A stretch of 64,000 nucleotides of DNA, taken from the NCBI GenBank assembly GCA_902558835.1, contig CACEFK010000004.1, positions 13,041-77,040 on the forward strand, written 5' to 3'. The first letter of the stretch is position 1. Every line of letters begins with the position of its first letter. This document shows positions 1 through 9,769 of this stretch, one piece after another. A program made the position numbers and the translations under genes. This DNA is from an uncultured Pelagibacteraceae bacterium. GTDB taxonomy: Bacteria; Pseudomonadota; Alphaproteobacteria; Pelagibacterales; Pelagibacteraceae. Below the pieces are notes generated by a model that was given only the letters and a program-made list of their open reading frames with translations, was not told the DNA's origin and ran no database searches.

Positions 1-429
1 CATGCCTCAGCAATTAGAAGGTGCTTGGATTATAAAAATGTTTCGTTAATTTCATTTGGTATAAGAAACATTTCGGAAAGTGAAATCCCATTTTTGAAGA
101 AAAATTCTTCAAGAATAAGTATTTTTTGGGCTAAAGATAAAAAAAAATGGAATTTATCAAAATTTAAAAAACTGATTAAAAATAAAACTGTTTATCTTAC
201 ATTTGACGTAGATGGACTAGATTCAAGTATTATGCCTGCAACTGGTACACCTGAACCTGGAGGAATGTTGTGGGACGAAACATTAGATATAATTAGAATT
301 GCAGCAAAAAACTCGAAAATTGTTGGTGCGGATATTAATGAGCTTTCTCCAATCAAAGGATTTAATTCTTATAATTTTCTTGTTGCAAAATTAGCTTATA
401 AAATTTTATCTTATAAATTTTTATATTAA
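1..429 (+). CDS. speB: Agmatinase/ureohydrolase, C-terminal part (5' end outside window)
   Basis: Frame is open from base 1 (HASAIRRCLDY...). Arginase-family motifs YLTFDVDGLD, PATGTPEPGG and GADINEL. Confidence 0.85.
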   Translation, partial: HASAIRRCLDYKNVSLISFGIRNISESEIPFLKKNSSRISIFWAKDKKKWNLSKFKKLIKNKTVYLTFDVDGLDSSIMPATGTPEPGGMLWDETLDIIRIAAKNSKIVGADINELSPIKGFNSYNFLVAKLAYKILSYKFLY

Positions 430-980
430 ACTTTAATTGGTTTAATAATTTTCAATAAAATTCTAAATGGTATCAACATTATTAGAGCAACTAAAACTTT
501 TACCGCTAAATCTCCTAAAGATAAAGTTACCCAAGGAACTCCTGTTGCATAAAATGATATTGAGAAAAATAAAAATGTGTCAACTGTTGATCCAATCAAA
601 GATGAAGTAAGTGGAGCTACAAACCACTCTTTTTTTCTTAATCGATCAAAAATTTGAATATCTAACAATTGAGCGGTAATAAAAGCTACCCCTGATCCTA
701 TTGCAATTCTAACAGAGATTAAATCCGCAAAATCAGTTGAGAATAACAACGTAAATATAATTCCTATTAAAAAACCCAAATATACAATTTGTCTTGCTAA
801 TAATTTTCCATACGACCTATTTGCTAAATCTGTTATTAAAAAAGCTATTGGGTAACTAAAAGCTCCATAAGTTAAAATCTCATTTAATCCAAAATAGTTT
901 ATTGGGAACTGAACTAAATAATTAGAAGATAGTACAACAACCCCCATCATTACTGACAGGGTTATGAATAATTTATTCAT
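426..980 (-). CDS. Queuosine precursor transporter (VUT/YhhQ family)
   Basis: Hydrophobic 184 aa. Motifs SNYLV, YPIAFLITD...YG, AQLLDIQIF and GSTVDTFLFFSISF match the DUF165/YhhQ family. Confidence 0.8.
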   Translation of the reverse strand: MNKLFITLSVMMGVVVLSSNYLVQFPINYFGLNEILTYGAFSYPIAFLITDLANRSYGKLLARQIVYLGFLIGIIFTLLFSTDFADLISVRIAIGSGVAFITAQLLDIQIFDRLRKKEWFVAPLTSSLIGSTVDTFLFFSISFYATGVPWVTLSLGDLAVKVLVALIMLIPFRILLKIIKPIKV

Positions 981-1291
981 TAAGCTGATTTAGCTACAGG
1001 TTTCTTTTTAAAAGGGGATTTAATTAAAACTACTTTTTTTAACTTTTTTAATCTAGGGGATAAATTTTTATTTTTTACAGTTTTTAAAAATTCATCAAAA
1101 CTACCTTTTTTGTCAACTGATCTTACACCTGAATTGCTTACAGTAAGTTTTAAACTTCTTCCAGTAAGCTCACTTGTAAATTTTACTTTTTTAAGATTCG
1201 GTAAAAATCTTCTTTTAGTCTTGTTGTTAGCATGACTAACATTATGACCTTTCATAGGAATTTTACCGGTAAGTTCGCATTTTTTTGACAT
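980..1291 (-). CDS. rpmB: 50S ribosomal protein L28
   Basis: [10 protein letters not shown]...[19 protein letters not shown]. True start is the ATG at 1291; the ORF-track extension to 1393 overlaps pyrD. Confidence 0.95.
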   Translation of the reverse strand: MSKKCELTGKIPMKGHNVSHANNKTKRRFLPNLKKVKFTSELTGRSLKLTVSNSGVRSVDKKGSFDEFLKTVKNKNLSPRLKKLKKVVLIKSPFKKKPVAKSA

Positions 1292-1303
1292 AATAACATT
1301 GCC

Positions 1304-1332
1304 TATATAAGGGGAGATATTGAAGGCGTCAA
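1304..1332 (-). promoter_or_regulatory. Putative sigma70 promoter of rpmB
   Basis: Minus strand reads TTGACG-N17-TATATA, 12 nt before the ATG. Confidence 0.65.
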
Positions 1333-1343
1333 GTTTAATACAT

Positions 1344-2396
1344 TTAAGAAACAGTTTTATTTCCAACAATTTCTGTGAAATTTTTGACACCATCTCTTAT
1401 TAGTAATTCTTTTAGGTCTTTTTTAATCATGCCAGCAATATTGGGTCCTTGGAATACCATGCCGGTATACAACTGAACATAATCTGCTCCTAATAAAAAC
1501 TTATCATAAGCTGCTTTGCCTGAGTCAACTCCGCCTACTCCAATTATTTTAATTTTACCTTTAATTAAATTGTAGAACTTACTTATTAAAAGATTTGATT
1601 TTTTTTCAATTGGTTTTCCAGATAAACCGCCTTTTTGATGTCTCTGTATATTTTGAAGTATTTCCCGAGAAGCTTCGGATGTGTTTGAAATTATTATTGC
1701 GCTTATTTCATTTTCTAAAAGTATTTCTGAAATTAATTCAATTTGATTTTCATTTATGTCTGGTGAAATTTTTACTGCTATGGGAATTTCAGTTTTTAAT
1801 TGTTTTTTTTTCTCTGAGACAGATTTTAATAACTCTTTTAATTTATTCTCTTCATGAAAATTTCTTAGATTTTTAGTATTTGGTGAAGAAATATTGATTG
1901 TAATATAATCTGCAACTTCAGAAAATTTTTCTAATCCAATTAAATAATCATTCAATCTATCATTAGAATCTTTGTTTGGACCCACATTTACACCTAGCAC
2001 ACCTAGTTTTTTATTAGATTTTATTCTGTTTAATATTGTATCTGATCCGTGGTTGTTAAAACCTAACCTATTAATTAATGCTTGATCTTCTACTAATCTA
2101 AATACTCTTGGTTTTTCATTTCCATATTGTTTTAATGGAGTAACTGTACCTACTTCAACAAATCCAAAACCCAGCTTAAATAAAGGGTTATATACCTCTG
2201 CATTCTTATCAAAACCTGCAGCAATACCGATGGGATTATTAAGATCTTGATTAAATAATTTGGTTTTTAGAAGGGGATCATTTTTGGTTTCATCAAATAT
2301 ATTTGAAACTAAATTGAGTTTGAGTGATTGAATTGCTAAAAAATGTGCTCTTTCAGGATCTATTTTAAATATTAAAGATCTTAAATTTGAATACAT
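1344..2396 (-). CDS. pyrD: Dihydroorotate dehydrogenase (quinone), class 2
   Basis: Motifs [33 protein letters not shown] and GGLSG. Confidence 0.96.
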   Translation of the reverse strand: MYSNLRSLIFKIDPERAHFLAIQSLKLNLVSNIFDETKNDPLLKTKLFNQDLNNPIGIAAGFDKNAEVYNPLFKLGFGFVEVGTVTPLKQYGNEKPRVFRLVEDQALINRLGFNNHGSDTILNRIKSNKKLGVLGVNVGPNKDSNDRLNDYLIGLEKFSEVADYITINISSPNTKNLRNFHEENKLKELLKSVSEKKKQLKTEIPIAVKISPDINENQIELISEILLENEISAIIISNTSEASREILQNIQRHQKGGLSGKPIEKKSNLLISKFYNLIKGKIKIIGVGGVDSGKAAYDKFLLGADYVQLYTGMVFQGPNIAGMIKKDLKELLIRDGVKNFTEIVGNKTVS

Positions 2397-3958
2397 TATT
2401 TCAATTTACTAATTATCAATTCTTTTGTTTCGTTAACACCAAAAAAACTTATAAAAAAACCCATTCTAGGTCCATTTTCGTCTCCAAACACTACTTCATA
2501 AATTAACTTAAACCAATCTCTTAAGTTTTCTGCATACCCATTTTCTTTACCTGTTGAATAAATTAGTGTTTGTATATCCTCTGGAGACATCTGATCATTA
2601 CATTGCTCTAAAGTTTTAACTAAAGCTTGTAGAGCTAATTTTTCATTTTCAGAAGGATTTTTATATTTTTTTTGGGCCTTAATAACATCATTAAAATACT
2701 TGATTGCATAACCAACTAGTCCATCAAAAATTGGAAAGTTTTTTTCATGAATGTTAGTTTTGTATTTTTTAACAAACTTCCATAATAAATCTTTGTTATC
2801 AGCATTACTTGTTTCAACTAAATTCAACAACATAGAAAAAGTCATAATCATCTCTTCTTTTGGAATATTTCCATTATGAACATGCCAAACAGGATTCATT
2901 ACTAATTGTTGTTCTGTTTGTTTTTTTGATTTTTCAATATTATCAAGGTACTCATCTACAGCTTTAGGCACTATTTCTTTATAAAGTTTTTTTGCTCTTT
3001 TTGGATTTTGATACATATATAAAGATAAGCTTTCAGGTGAGGCATATTTTAACCACTGGTCGATAGTAATACCGTTTCCTTTCGATTTTGAAATTTTCTC
3101 ACCTTTTTCATCAAGAAATAATTCATAAGCAAATCCAGATGGATGTTTTTTACCAATTAAATTTATAATTTTGGTCGATAAAATTGCACTCTCAATAAGG
3201 TCTTTTCCATACATTTCAAAATCTATATCTAGAGCATACCATCTCATTGCCCAATCAACTTTCCATTGTAATTTGCAATTTCCATCCAAAATACTAGACT
3301 CTAATTTTTTACCTTTATTATCAAAAATTATTTTAGAATTTTTTTTATCCATTTCTATAACTGGGATTTCGAGAACATGACCTGTATCTGGACAAATAGG
3401 TAAAAAAGGACAGTAAGTTTGTTGACGTTCTTTGCCTAAAGTTGGAAGTATAATATTCATTATACCATCATAATTTTCTAAAATAATTTTTAAAGTTGGG
3501 TTGAAAAAACCACCTTTGTATAAAGATGTCGAACTTTTAAAACTATATTTAAAATTAAAACTATTTAAAAAATCTTTTAACATTTCATTATTATGTTCTC
3601 CAAAACTTGCAAATTTTTCAAATGGATCTGGAACTTGTGTTAATGGTTTATGTAAGTTTTCGTTTAATAATTCCTGATTAGGAACATTATCAGGAACTTT
3701 TCTTAGACCATCCATATCGTCAGAAAAAGTAATTATTTCTGTTGGTAGATCTGTAAGTTGCTTTAAGGCGTTGACCATCATAGAAGTCCTTACAACTTCA
3801 CCAAATGTTCCGATATGAGGAAGGCCACTCGGACCATATCCTGTTTGAAGGGTAATTTTTCCTTTTTTATCAATAAATGATTTTCTCTCACGAAGCATTT
3901 TTTTTGCTTCAACAAAAGGCCAAGCACTAGTTTTATCTAAAATTTCTTTTTTAATCAC
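2396..3958 (-). CDS. lysS: Lysine--tRNA ligase, class I
   Basis: TGYGPSGLPHIGTFGE (HIGH-like), KLQWKVDWAMRW, KISKSKGN (KMSKS-like), GPRMG. GTG start. Confidence 0.96.
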   Translation of the reverse strand: MIKKEILDKTSAWPFVEAKKMLRERKSFIDKKGKITLQTGYGPSGLPHIGTFGEVVRTSMMVNALKQLTDLPTEIITFSDDMDGLRKVPDNVPNQELLNENLHKPLTQVPDPFEKFASFGEHNNEMLKDFLNSFNFKYSFKSSTSLYKGGFFNPTLKIILENYDGIMNIILPTLGKERQQTYCPFLPICPDTGHVLEIPVIEMDKKNSKIIFDNKGKKLESSILDGNCKLQWKVDWAMRWYALDIDFEMYGKDLIESAILSTKIINLIGKKHPSGFAYELFLDEKGEKISKSKGNGITIDQWLKYASPESLSLYMYQNPKRAKKLYKEIVPKAVDEYLDNIEKSKKQTEQQLVMNPVWHVHNGNIPKEEMIMTFSMLLNLVETSNADNKDLLWKFVKKYKTNIHEKNFPIFDGLVGYAIKYFNDVIKAQKKYKNPSENEKLALQALVKTLEQCNDQMSPEDIQTLIYSTGKENGYAENLRDWFKLIYEVVFGDENGPRMGFFISFFGVNETKELIISKLK

Positions 3959-4049
3959 GAATATATCTTTTATAAAAATCTTAAATTGGCGATTTTATTA
4001 ATTCTTATAGAGTTGAAATTTATTTACCATAAAATAATGTTCTTTCAAA

Positions 4050-5489
4050 ATGTCTAATTATAAAACCGTTTTTTTTACACTAGGAATTTTACAAATAATT
4101 TTAGGGGTCTCAATGTTCATCCCTATAATTGCTCAATTTATTTATTCCGAAATAGATTCATCATTTTTTGGTGCATCTATTGTTACTATAATTTTTGGAT
4201 CATTATTTTTTCTTTCAAATCTAGACCACGATAAGAAGTTAAATTTACAACAAGCATTTTTATTAACTGCTTTATCTTGGTTAAGTATTGCAATTTTTGG
4301 ATCTTTACCATTTATATTTTCAACTATGGAGCTTTCAATTACTGATGCTTTTTTTGAGAGTATGTCTGGAATTACAACAACTGGATCTACAATTATTTCC
4401 AACTTAGAGAATACACCAAAAGGCATTCTATTATGGAGAGCAATACTTCAGTGGTTAGGTGGTATTGGTATAATTGTAATGGCAATTACCCTAATGCCTA
4501 TAATGAACGTAGGTGGCATGCAATTATTTAAAATTTCTAGCAATGATTCATCTGAAAAGATTCTTCCTAAATCGAAAGAAATAGCTTTAAGACTTATTTA
4601 TATTTATTCAGGTCTAACTGCTCTTTGTGCATTATCATATTGGATATTTGGAATGGGAAAATTTGATAGTTTAACTCATTCTATGACTACTATAGCTACA
4701 GGTGGATTTTCTAATTATAATCAATCTATCGGATATTTTGACAGTGTTCCTATAGAAATGTCATCAATGATTTTTATAATTTTAGGAAGCATTCCATTTA
4801 TTACATATATTAAATTTATTAATGGTAATAAAAGAATATTTTTAAACGATATTCAAATCAGAACATTTATTAAAATAATAATTATAAGCATTATTATATT
4901 ATCAATTTATTTATTATTTAATAATAATGGAAACTTTAGTTTAAGATCTATTTTTTTTAATACAATTTCAATATTAACTGGAACAGGTTATGTAAATGCT
5001 GAATTTGATGGTTGGGGAAGTTTTCCTATAACAATATTTCTTGCATTAATGTTTATTGGGGGCTGTGCTGGATCAACTACTTGTGGTGTTAAAATTTTTA
5101 GAATTCAAATTCTATATTTATTTATATTAAATCAATTAAAAAAAATTATATATCCCAAGGGAATATTTATAATTAAATACGATCAAGGATCTGTTGATGA
5201 TAAATTTATTGCATCAATAATTTCATTTATTTATTTTTACTTTGTTATATTTTTTATTTTAACTGCATTATTATCATTAACAGGTCTTGATTTTATAACT
5301 GCTATCTCTGGAGCAGCAACATCAATATCAAATGTGGGTCCAGGTTTGGGTCCTATAATTGGGCCTAATGGAGATTTTTCAGCTTTACCTGATATTTCTA
5401 AATGGATCTTAACTGTAGGTATGATTTTAGGTAGACTTGAGTTATTTGCAATATTAGTGTTGTTCTTACCATCCTTTTGGAGAAATTAA
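4050..5489 (+). CDS. trkH: Trk potassium uptake membrane protein
   Basis: Pore motifs FFESMSGITTTG, QWLGGIGII, ATGGFS, GGCAGSTTCGVK, SNVGPGLG and GRLEL. Confidence 0.95.
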   Translation: MSNYKTVFFTLGILQIILGVSMFIPIIAQFIYSEIDSSFFGASIVTIIFGSLFFLSNLDHDKKLNLQQAFLLTALSWLSIAIFGSLPFIFSTMELSITDAFFESMSGITTTGSTIISNLENTPKGILLWRAILQWLGGIGIIVMAITLMPIMNVGGMQLFKISSNDSSEKILPKSKEIALRLIYIYSGLTALCALSYWIFGMGKFDSLTHSMTTIATGGFSNYNQSIGYFDSVPIEMSSMIFIILGSIPFITYIKFINGNKRIFLNDIQIRTFIKIIIISIIILSIYLLFNNNGNFSLRSIFFNTISILTGTGYVNAEFDGWGSFPITIFLALMFIGGCAGSTTCGVKIFRIQILYLFILNQLKKIIYPKGIFIIKYDQGSVDDKFIASIISFIYFYFVIFFILTALLSLTGLDFITAISGAATSISNVGPGLGPIIGPNGDFSALPDISKWILTVGMILGRLELFAILVLFLPSFWRN

Positions 5490-5491
5490 TT

Positions 5492-6868
5492 ATGTCTGAA
5501 ACAAAGAAGCAAACATGGCTTGATTCTCTTACAGTTTATAAAGATATTCGAATGTTAAGAATTCTTTTATTAGGTGCAATAAGTGGTTTCCCATGGGTAT
5601 TAATTGCAAGCAGCTTGAGTCTTTGGCTTAAAGAAGAAGGTCTTAGTAGATCGACAATTGGATGGGCAGGTTTAATTTTTGGAGTATACGCTTTCAATTA
5701 TTTATGGGCTCCGATTATAGATAGAATTCAAATTCCAATACTAACAAAAAAATTAGGCCATAGAAGAGGCTGGATAGTTTTGATGCAATTAATTATTTTG
5801 TTAAGTCTTGTTGTTTGGAGTGTGATTAATCCAACTGAAAATTTAGCTTTATTAATTACTGTAGGTTTAATTATTGCTATTGCGTCAGCAACCCAAGATA
5901 TAACTGTAGATGCATTAAGAATTGAACAGATAAGTGAAAATGAAGGAAAATCAATGGCTGCTGGTGCAGCTATGGCTGTTGTTGGTTGGTGGACAGGTTA
6001 TAAATTAGGTGGAGTTGTTGCTTTATTCACAGCAGAATTTTTTGAAAACATAGGGGTAGCTGAGTACTGGCAAGCTACTTTTCTAATTTTAGGTATTTTA
6101 ATAATTTTAATGAATATTGGATTAATGTTTGTTCATGAACCTATAGACACAAATAGACAAGCAAAACAGAGAGAAACAGACAAATTAATTGAAGGGAAAC
6201 TTGGATCTAGCAATATAATTACAAATTTTATCGCATATATAACAGGAACTATAGGCGGACCTATTATTAGTTTTTTTAAAAAAAATGGTTTTGCCATTGC
6301 AGCTGGTATTTTAGGATTTGTTTTTTTGTTTAAAATAGGTGAGGCATTTATGGGAAGAATGTCTATTGTCTTTTATAAAGAAATTGGTTTCTCTAAAGGT
6401 CAAATTGCAATTTACTCAAAAGGACTTGGATGGATAACAACAGTTGTATTTACTTTGTTGGGTGGTTTAATGGCTATGAGAGCTGGAACAATTAAAACTA
6501 TGTTCTTTGCCGGAGGGTTAATGGCTGTAACCAATCTTTTATTTGCAGTTTTAGCATGGACTGGAAAATCAGAAATTTTATTTGCAATTGCAGTTATAGC
6601 TGATGATATCACAGCAGCTTTTGCAACTGTGGCATTTGTTGCATTTATATCATTATTAGTTGATAGAACTTATACAGCGACACAGTATGCATTACTTGCT
6701 TCAATTGGTACTGCTGGTCGTACTACTTTAGCTTCATCATCAGGAGCTTTGGTAGACTGGTTAAATGGAGATTGGGGAACATTTTTTATTTTAACGACTA
6801 TTATGGTGATACCGTCGTTGATTTGTTTGTGGTTAATTAAAAACAAAATTAAAATTGGTGCAAAATAA
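5492..6868 (+). CDS. ampG: AmpG-family muropeptide MFS permease
   Basis: Motifs GAISGFPW, LWAPIIDR, GHRRGWI, SATQDITVDALRIE and ATQYALLAS. The ATG at 5492 is preferred. Confidence 0.9.
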   Translation: MSETKKQTWLDSLTVYKDIRMLRILLLGAISGFPWVLIASSLSLWLKEEGLSRSTIGWAGLIFGVYAFNYLWAPIIDRIQIPILTKKLGHRRGWIVLMQLIILLSLVVWSVINPTENLALLITVGLIIAIASATQDITVDALRIEQISENEGKSMAAGAAMAVVGWWTGYKLGGVVALFTAEFFENIGVAEYWQATFLILGILIILMNIGLMFVHEPIDTNRQAKQRETDKLIEGKLGSSNIITNFIAYITGTIGGPIISFFKKNGFAIAAGILGFVFLFKIGEAFMGRMSIVFYKEIGFSKGQIAIYSKGLGWITTVVFTLLGGLMAMRAGTIKTMFFAGGLMAVTNLLFAVLAWTGKSEILFAIAVIADDITAAFATVAFVAFISLLVDRTYTATQYALLASIGTAGRTTLASSSGALVDWLNGDWGTFFILTTIMVIPSLICLWLIKNKIKIGAK

Positions 6869-7604
6869 TTTTTACTTCATAGGATATTTTTCTAATATTT
6901 ACAAAGATCCTTCGAGAAAATCTGAGGTAACGTCACAAATTATATATGGTGAAAAATTCAAAATTTTAGCAAAAAATAAAAATTGGATAAAAATTAAAAC
7001 TTTATTTGATAACTATACGGGCTTTATAAAAAATTCAAAATATTTAGAAAAATTTACCCCTAATTATAAAGTAAGCTCATTAAAAGCGAGGATTTTTAAA
7101 AAACCTGGAATTGGAACTAAAAGTTGGCTTCCATTTGCATCTAAATTATCTGTATTTGAGCAAAATAGGAATTATGTAAAAATTGAAAAAAATAAATGGA
7201 TTAGAAAAACAGATATTAAAAAATTAAATTATATAGAAAATAATTTTATAAAAATATTTAAAAAGTTTCTAAATGTAAAATATGTATGGGGTGGAAAAAC
7301 ATTTCATGGTATTGATTGCTCTGCCTTATTGCAAATATTTTTTTATTATAATAGCTCATTTTATCCAAGAGATACAAAAGATCAGATCAAATATACAAAA
7401 AAGAATTTAAAAAAAAGAAAATTTAAAAAAGGAGATATTATTTTTTGGAAAGGTCATGTTGCTATGTGTTTAAATTCTAAACAACTAATTCATGCCTATG
7501 GACCAGAAAAAAAAGTAATTATTATGCCAATTGTAGAAACAATTAATAGAATTGAAAAAACTGCCAAGCTAAAGGTAAAAAAAGTATCTAGAATAAAATA
7601 TTAA
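6858..7604 (+). CDS. SH3 + NlpC/P60 (C40) peptidoglycan peptidase
   Basis: YVWGGKTFHGIDCSALLQ, GHVAM and LIHA give a Cys-His-His triad. N-terminus is SH3-like (SQIIYGEKF...WIKI...YTGFI). Start is TTG 6855 or GTG 6858. Confidence 0.85.
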   Translation: MQNNFYFIGYFSNIYKDPSRKSEVTSQIIYGEKFKILAKNKNWIKIKTLFDNYTGFIKNSKYLEKFTPNYKVSSLKARIFKKPGIGTKSWLPFASKLSVFEQNRNYVKIEKNKWIRKTDIKKLNYIENNFIKIFKKFLNVKYVWGGKTFHGIDCSALLQIFFYYNSSFYPRDTKDQIKYTKKNLKKRKFKKGDIIFWKGHVAMCLNSKQLIHAYGPEKKVIIMPIVETINRIEKTAKLKVKKVSRIKY

Positions 7605-8497
7605 TTTCTTCCAAAGTCAGGTTTATCAATATCTTGTTTCAATTTGATGATTTTTGACCTTACTTTTTTAGTCTGAATAAGTTTCTTTACGATAGACTTA
7701 TTATTTTTTGAATTAATATCTTTTTTAAATTGATTTAAATTTTTAATAAATAAATCAATTGCTTTTGAAATATTATTTTTATTGTTAAAAAATATATCTC
7801 TCCACATGATTTCATTTGATGCTGCAATCCTAGAAAAATCTCTTAATCCACCAGCACTGTATTTAATCAGCTCATAATTTTGTTTTTTCTCAAAATCTTG
7901 AGCAGATTTCACCAGATTATATGCAATTAAGTGTGGTAAATGACTAGTAATAGAAAAAATTTTGTCATGTTTTTCAGCGCTCATAACAACTACTTTTGCT
8001 CCAACTTTTTTCCAAAACTTAGTTAGAATATTTATATTATTTTTTTTAATATTTTTTTCTTTAATTATTATGCACCATCTATCAGTAAACATATTTTCTT
8101 TACCATGTTCTGGTCCGCTGACCTCTGATCCAGCTATCGGGTGACTTTGAATCCAATGAATACCTTTCTTTAAAAATTTATTTATAATTTTAGAAGTTTC
8201 AATTTTTGAAGAACCAATATCTGTAATCAATGTTTTTGATGGTATAAAGTCATTAATTTTTAAAATAATATTTTTGTATTCACTCATTGGTGTACAAAAA
8301 ATGATTAGATCAGAATTATTTACACCTTCTTTTAATGATTTAGCAATTATTCCAGGTAATTTTAATCTTTTTATTTTAGCAATATTAGATTTTGATTTTT
8401 CGTAAATAAAAATTTTTTTTGCTATTTTTTTTTTACTAATACGCCTTAATAAAGATGAACCTAATAATCCACAGCCAATAATTAAAATATTTTTCAT
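7601..8497 (-). CDS. tyrC: Prephenate/arogenate (cyclohexadienyl) dehydrogenase
   Basis: IIGCGLLGSS Rossmann motif, HPIAGSEVSG, HD...SHLPHL and GLRDFSRIAAS. Lies directly downstream of hisC. Confidence 0.9.
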   Translation of the reverse strand: MKNILIIGCGLLGSSLLRRISKKKIAKKIFIYEKSKSNIAKIKRLKLPGIIAKSLKEGVNNSDLIIFCTPMSEYKNIILKINDFIPSKTLITDIGSSKIETSKIINKFLKKGIHWIQSHPIAGSEVSGPEHGKENMFTDRWCIIIKEKNIKKNNINILTKFWKKVGAKVVVMSAEKHDKIFSITSHLPHLIAYNLVKSAQDFEKKQNYELIKYSAGGLRDFSRIAASNEIMWRDIFFNNKNNISKAIDLFIKNLNQFKKDINSKNNKSIVKKLIQTKKVRSKIIKLKQDIDKPDFGRN

Positions 8498-9579
8498 TTT
8501 TTCAATACTTGCTTAATAACACTCATAAATTTTAAGTTTTCTTTTTTAGATCCAATAGTTAATCTTAATTTATTCTTTATATGATAACCATCCTCTGTTG
8601 ATCTTAAAATAATTCCATTATTTTTAAGTTTTTCATACAAAAATTTTGCTGAATATCTGCATTTTTCAAAATTAAGTAACAAAAAATTTGCTGAAACTGA
8701 ATTTGAAAAAATATTATATGTCTCAAGAAATTTTTTAATTTTTTCAGAATATAATAAATTATGTGTAATCGATTTATTTATGAAAGCTTTATCCTTCAGT
8801 GACTCGGTGGCAGCTAATTGAGCAATACCATTTACATTAAATGGTGGTTTTATAACATTTAGTGCATCAACTATTTTTTTTGATCCATATCCCCAACCTA
8901 CTCTCAGAGAAGCTAATCCAAACATTTTTGAAAAAGTTCTAAGGATGAAAACATTGTCTTTATTTTTAAACAAATCTAATCCAGATAAATAATCTTTGTT
9001 TTTCATATATTCTGCATAAGCATCATCTATAACTAGTAAAATTTTTTTATTTAATCTTTTTCTTAATTCTAAAACTTCTTTTTTTGTTAAGTAAGTTCCT
9101 GTAGGATTGTTTGGGTTAGCTATAAACACAATTTTAGTTTTTTTTGTTATTTTTTTTAAAATTTCATTTACTGAAACTTTAAAATTAATTTCTTTTGCAA
9201 ATACAACTTTTGCACCTACAATTTTTGAGTAAATTCTGTACATTAAAAAACTGTACTCTGGTACTACAACCTCATCTTTTGGGTTTAAAAACAACTGACA
9301 GAGCATTTGAATAACTTCATCTGAACCAGCTCCACAAATAATTTTCTCAGAATTACATTTATATGCTTTAGATATTGCTTTTCTTAAATTTTGAGATTTT
9401 CCATCTGGATATTTATCTAAATTCAGATTTTTATTTGATATTATTTTCTTTGCTTTAGGGCTCATACCTAAAGCAGACTCATTTGCAGAAAGCTTAATCA
9501 CGTTCTTAAGTTTCTTAACTTTTGATTTACCAGGCTTATAAGCCTCAATTTTAAATTTTTTGAAATTTGGAGTTATCAT
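8494..9579 (-). CDS. hisC: Histidinol-phosphate aminotransferase
   Basis: Motifs KLSANE, GAGSDE, ANPNNPTG, DDAYAEY and RTFSKMFGLASLRVG. Confidence 0.95.
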   Translation of the reverse strand: MITPNFKKFKIEAYKPGKSKVKKLKNVIKLSANESALGMSPKAKKIISNKNLNLDKYPDGKSQNLRKAISKAYKCNSEKIICGAGSDEVIQMLCQLFLNPKDEVVVPEYSFLMYRIYSKIVGAKVVFAKEINFKVSVNEILKKITKKTKIVFIANPNNPTGTYLTKKEVLELRKRLNKKILLVIDDAYAEYMKNKDYLSGLDLFKNKDNVFILRTFSKMFGLASLRVGWGYGSKKIVDALNVIKPPFNVNGIAQLAATESLKDKAFINKSITHNLLYSEKIKKFLETYNIFSNSVSANFLLLNFEKCRYSAKFLYEKLKNNGIILRSTEDGYHIKNKLRLTIGSKKENLKFMSVIKQVLKK

Positions 9580-9651
9580 TTTTTTAATTTATGTGCTCTT
9601 TATAGATAAAATTACAAAATTTTATAGAGAATAAGAGGATTTTTTAAAAAA

Positions 9652-9680
9652 TTGACATAATAAATAAGTTCTAGTAAAAA
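9652..9680 (+). promoter_or_regulatory. Putative sigma70 promoter for the SAM-II/metX leader
   Basis: TTGACA-N17-TAAAAA. Predicted start near 9687 coincides with the first stem of the riboswitch. Confidence 0.6.
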
Positions 9681-9684
9681 AATT

Positions 9685-9737
9685 ATGCGCTGATTTAACT
9701 GAATTGCGAGCGCTTAAAAAAAACCGCTAAAATAGTT
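9685..9737 (+). ncRNA. SAM-II riboswitch aptamer
   Basis: GCGCUGAUUUAACUGAAUUGCGAGCGC...GCUAAAAUAG. P1 is GCGCU/AGCGC, with the conserved GAUUU, UUGC and GCUAAA elements of SAM-II. Upstream of metX. Confidence 0.9.
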
Positions 9738-9769
9738 TTTTTTCTCACAATTCAAAACAGTCAAAAACT

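Noticed and set aside
1292-1393. N-terminal extension of L28, and likewise of CtpA (17151) and L19 (49087)
   Set aside because: Downstream ATGs fit the family starts better; the L28 and CtpA extensions overlap upstream genes or promoter elements.
2396-3958. Class I LysRS as evidence of archaeal gene transfer
   Set aside because: Class I LysRS is normal in many Alphaproteobacteria.
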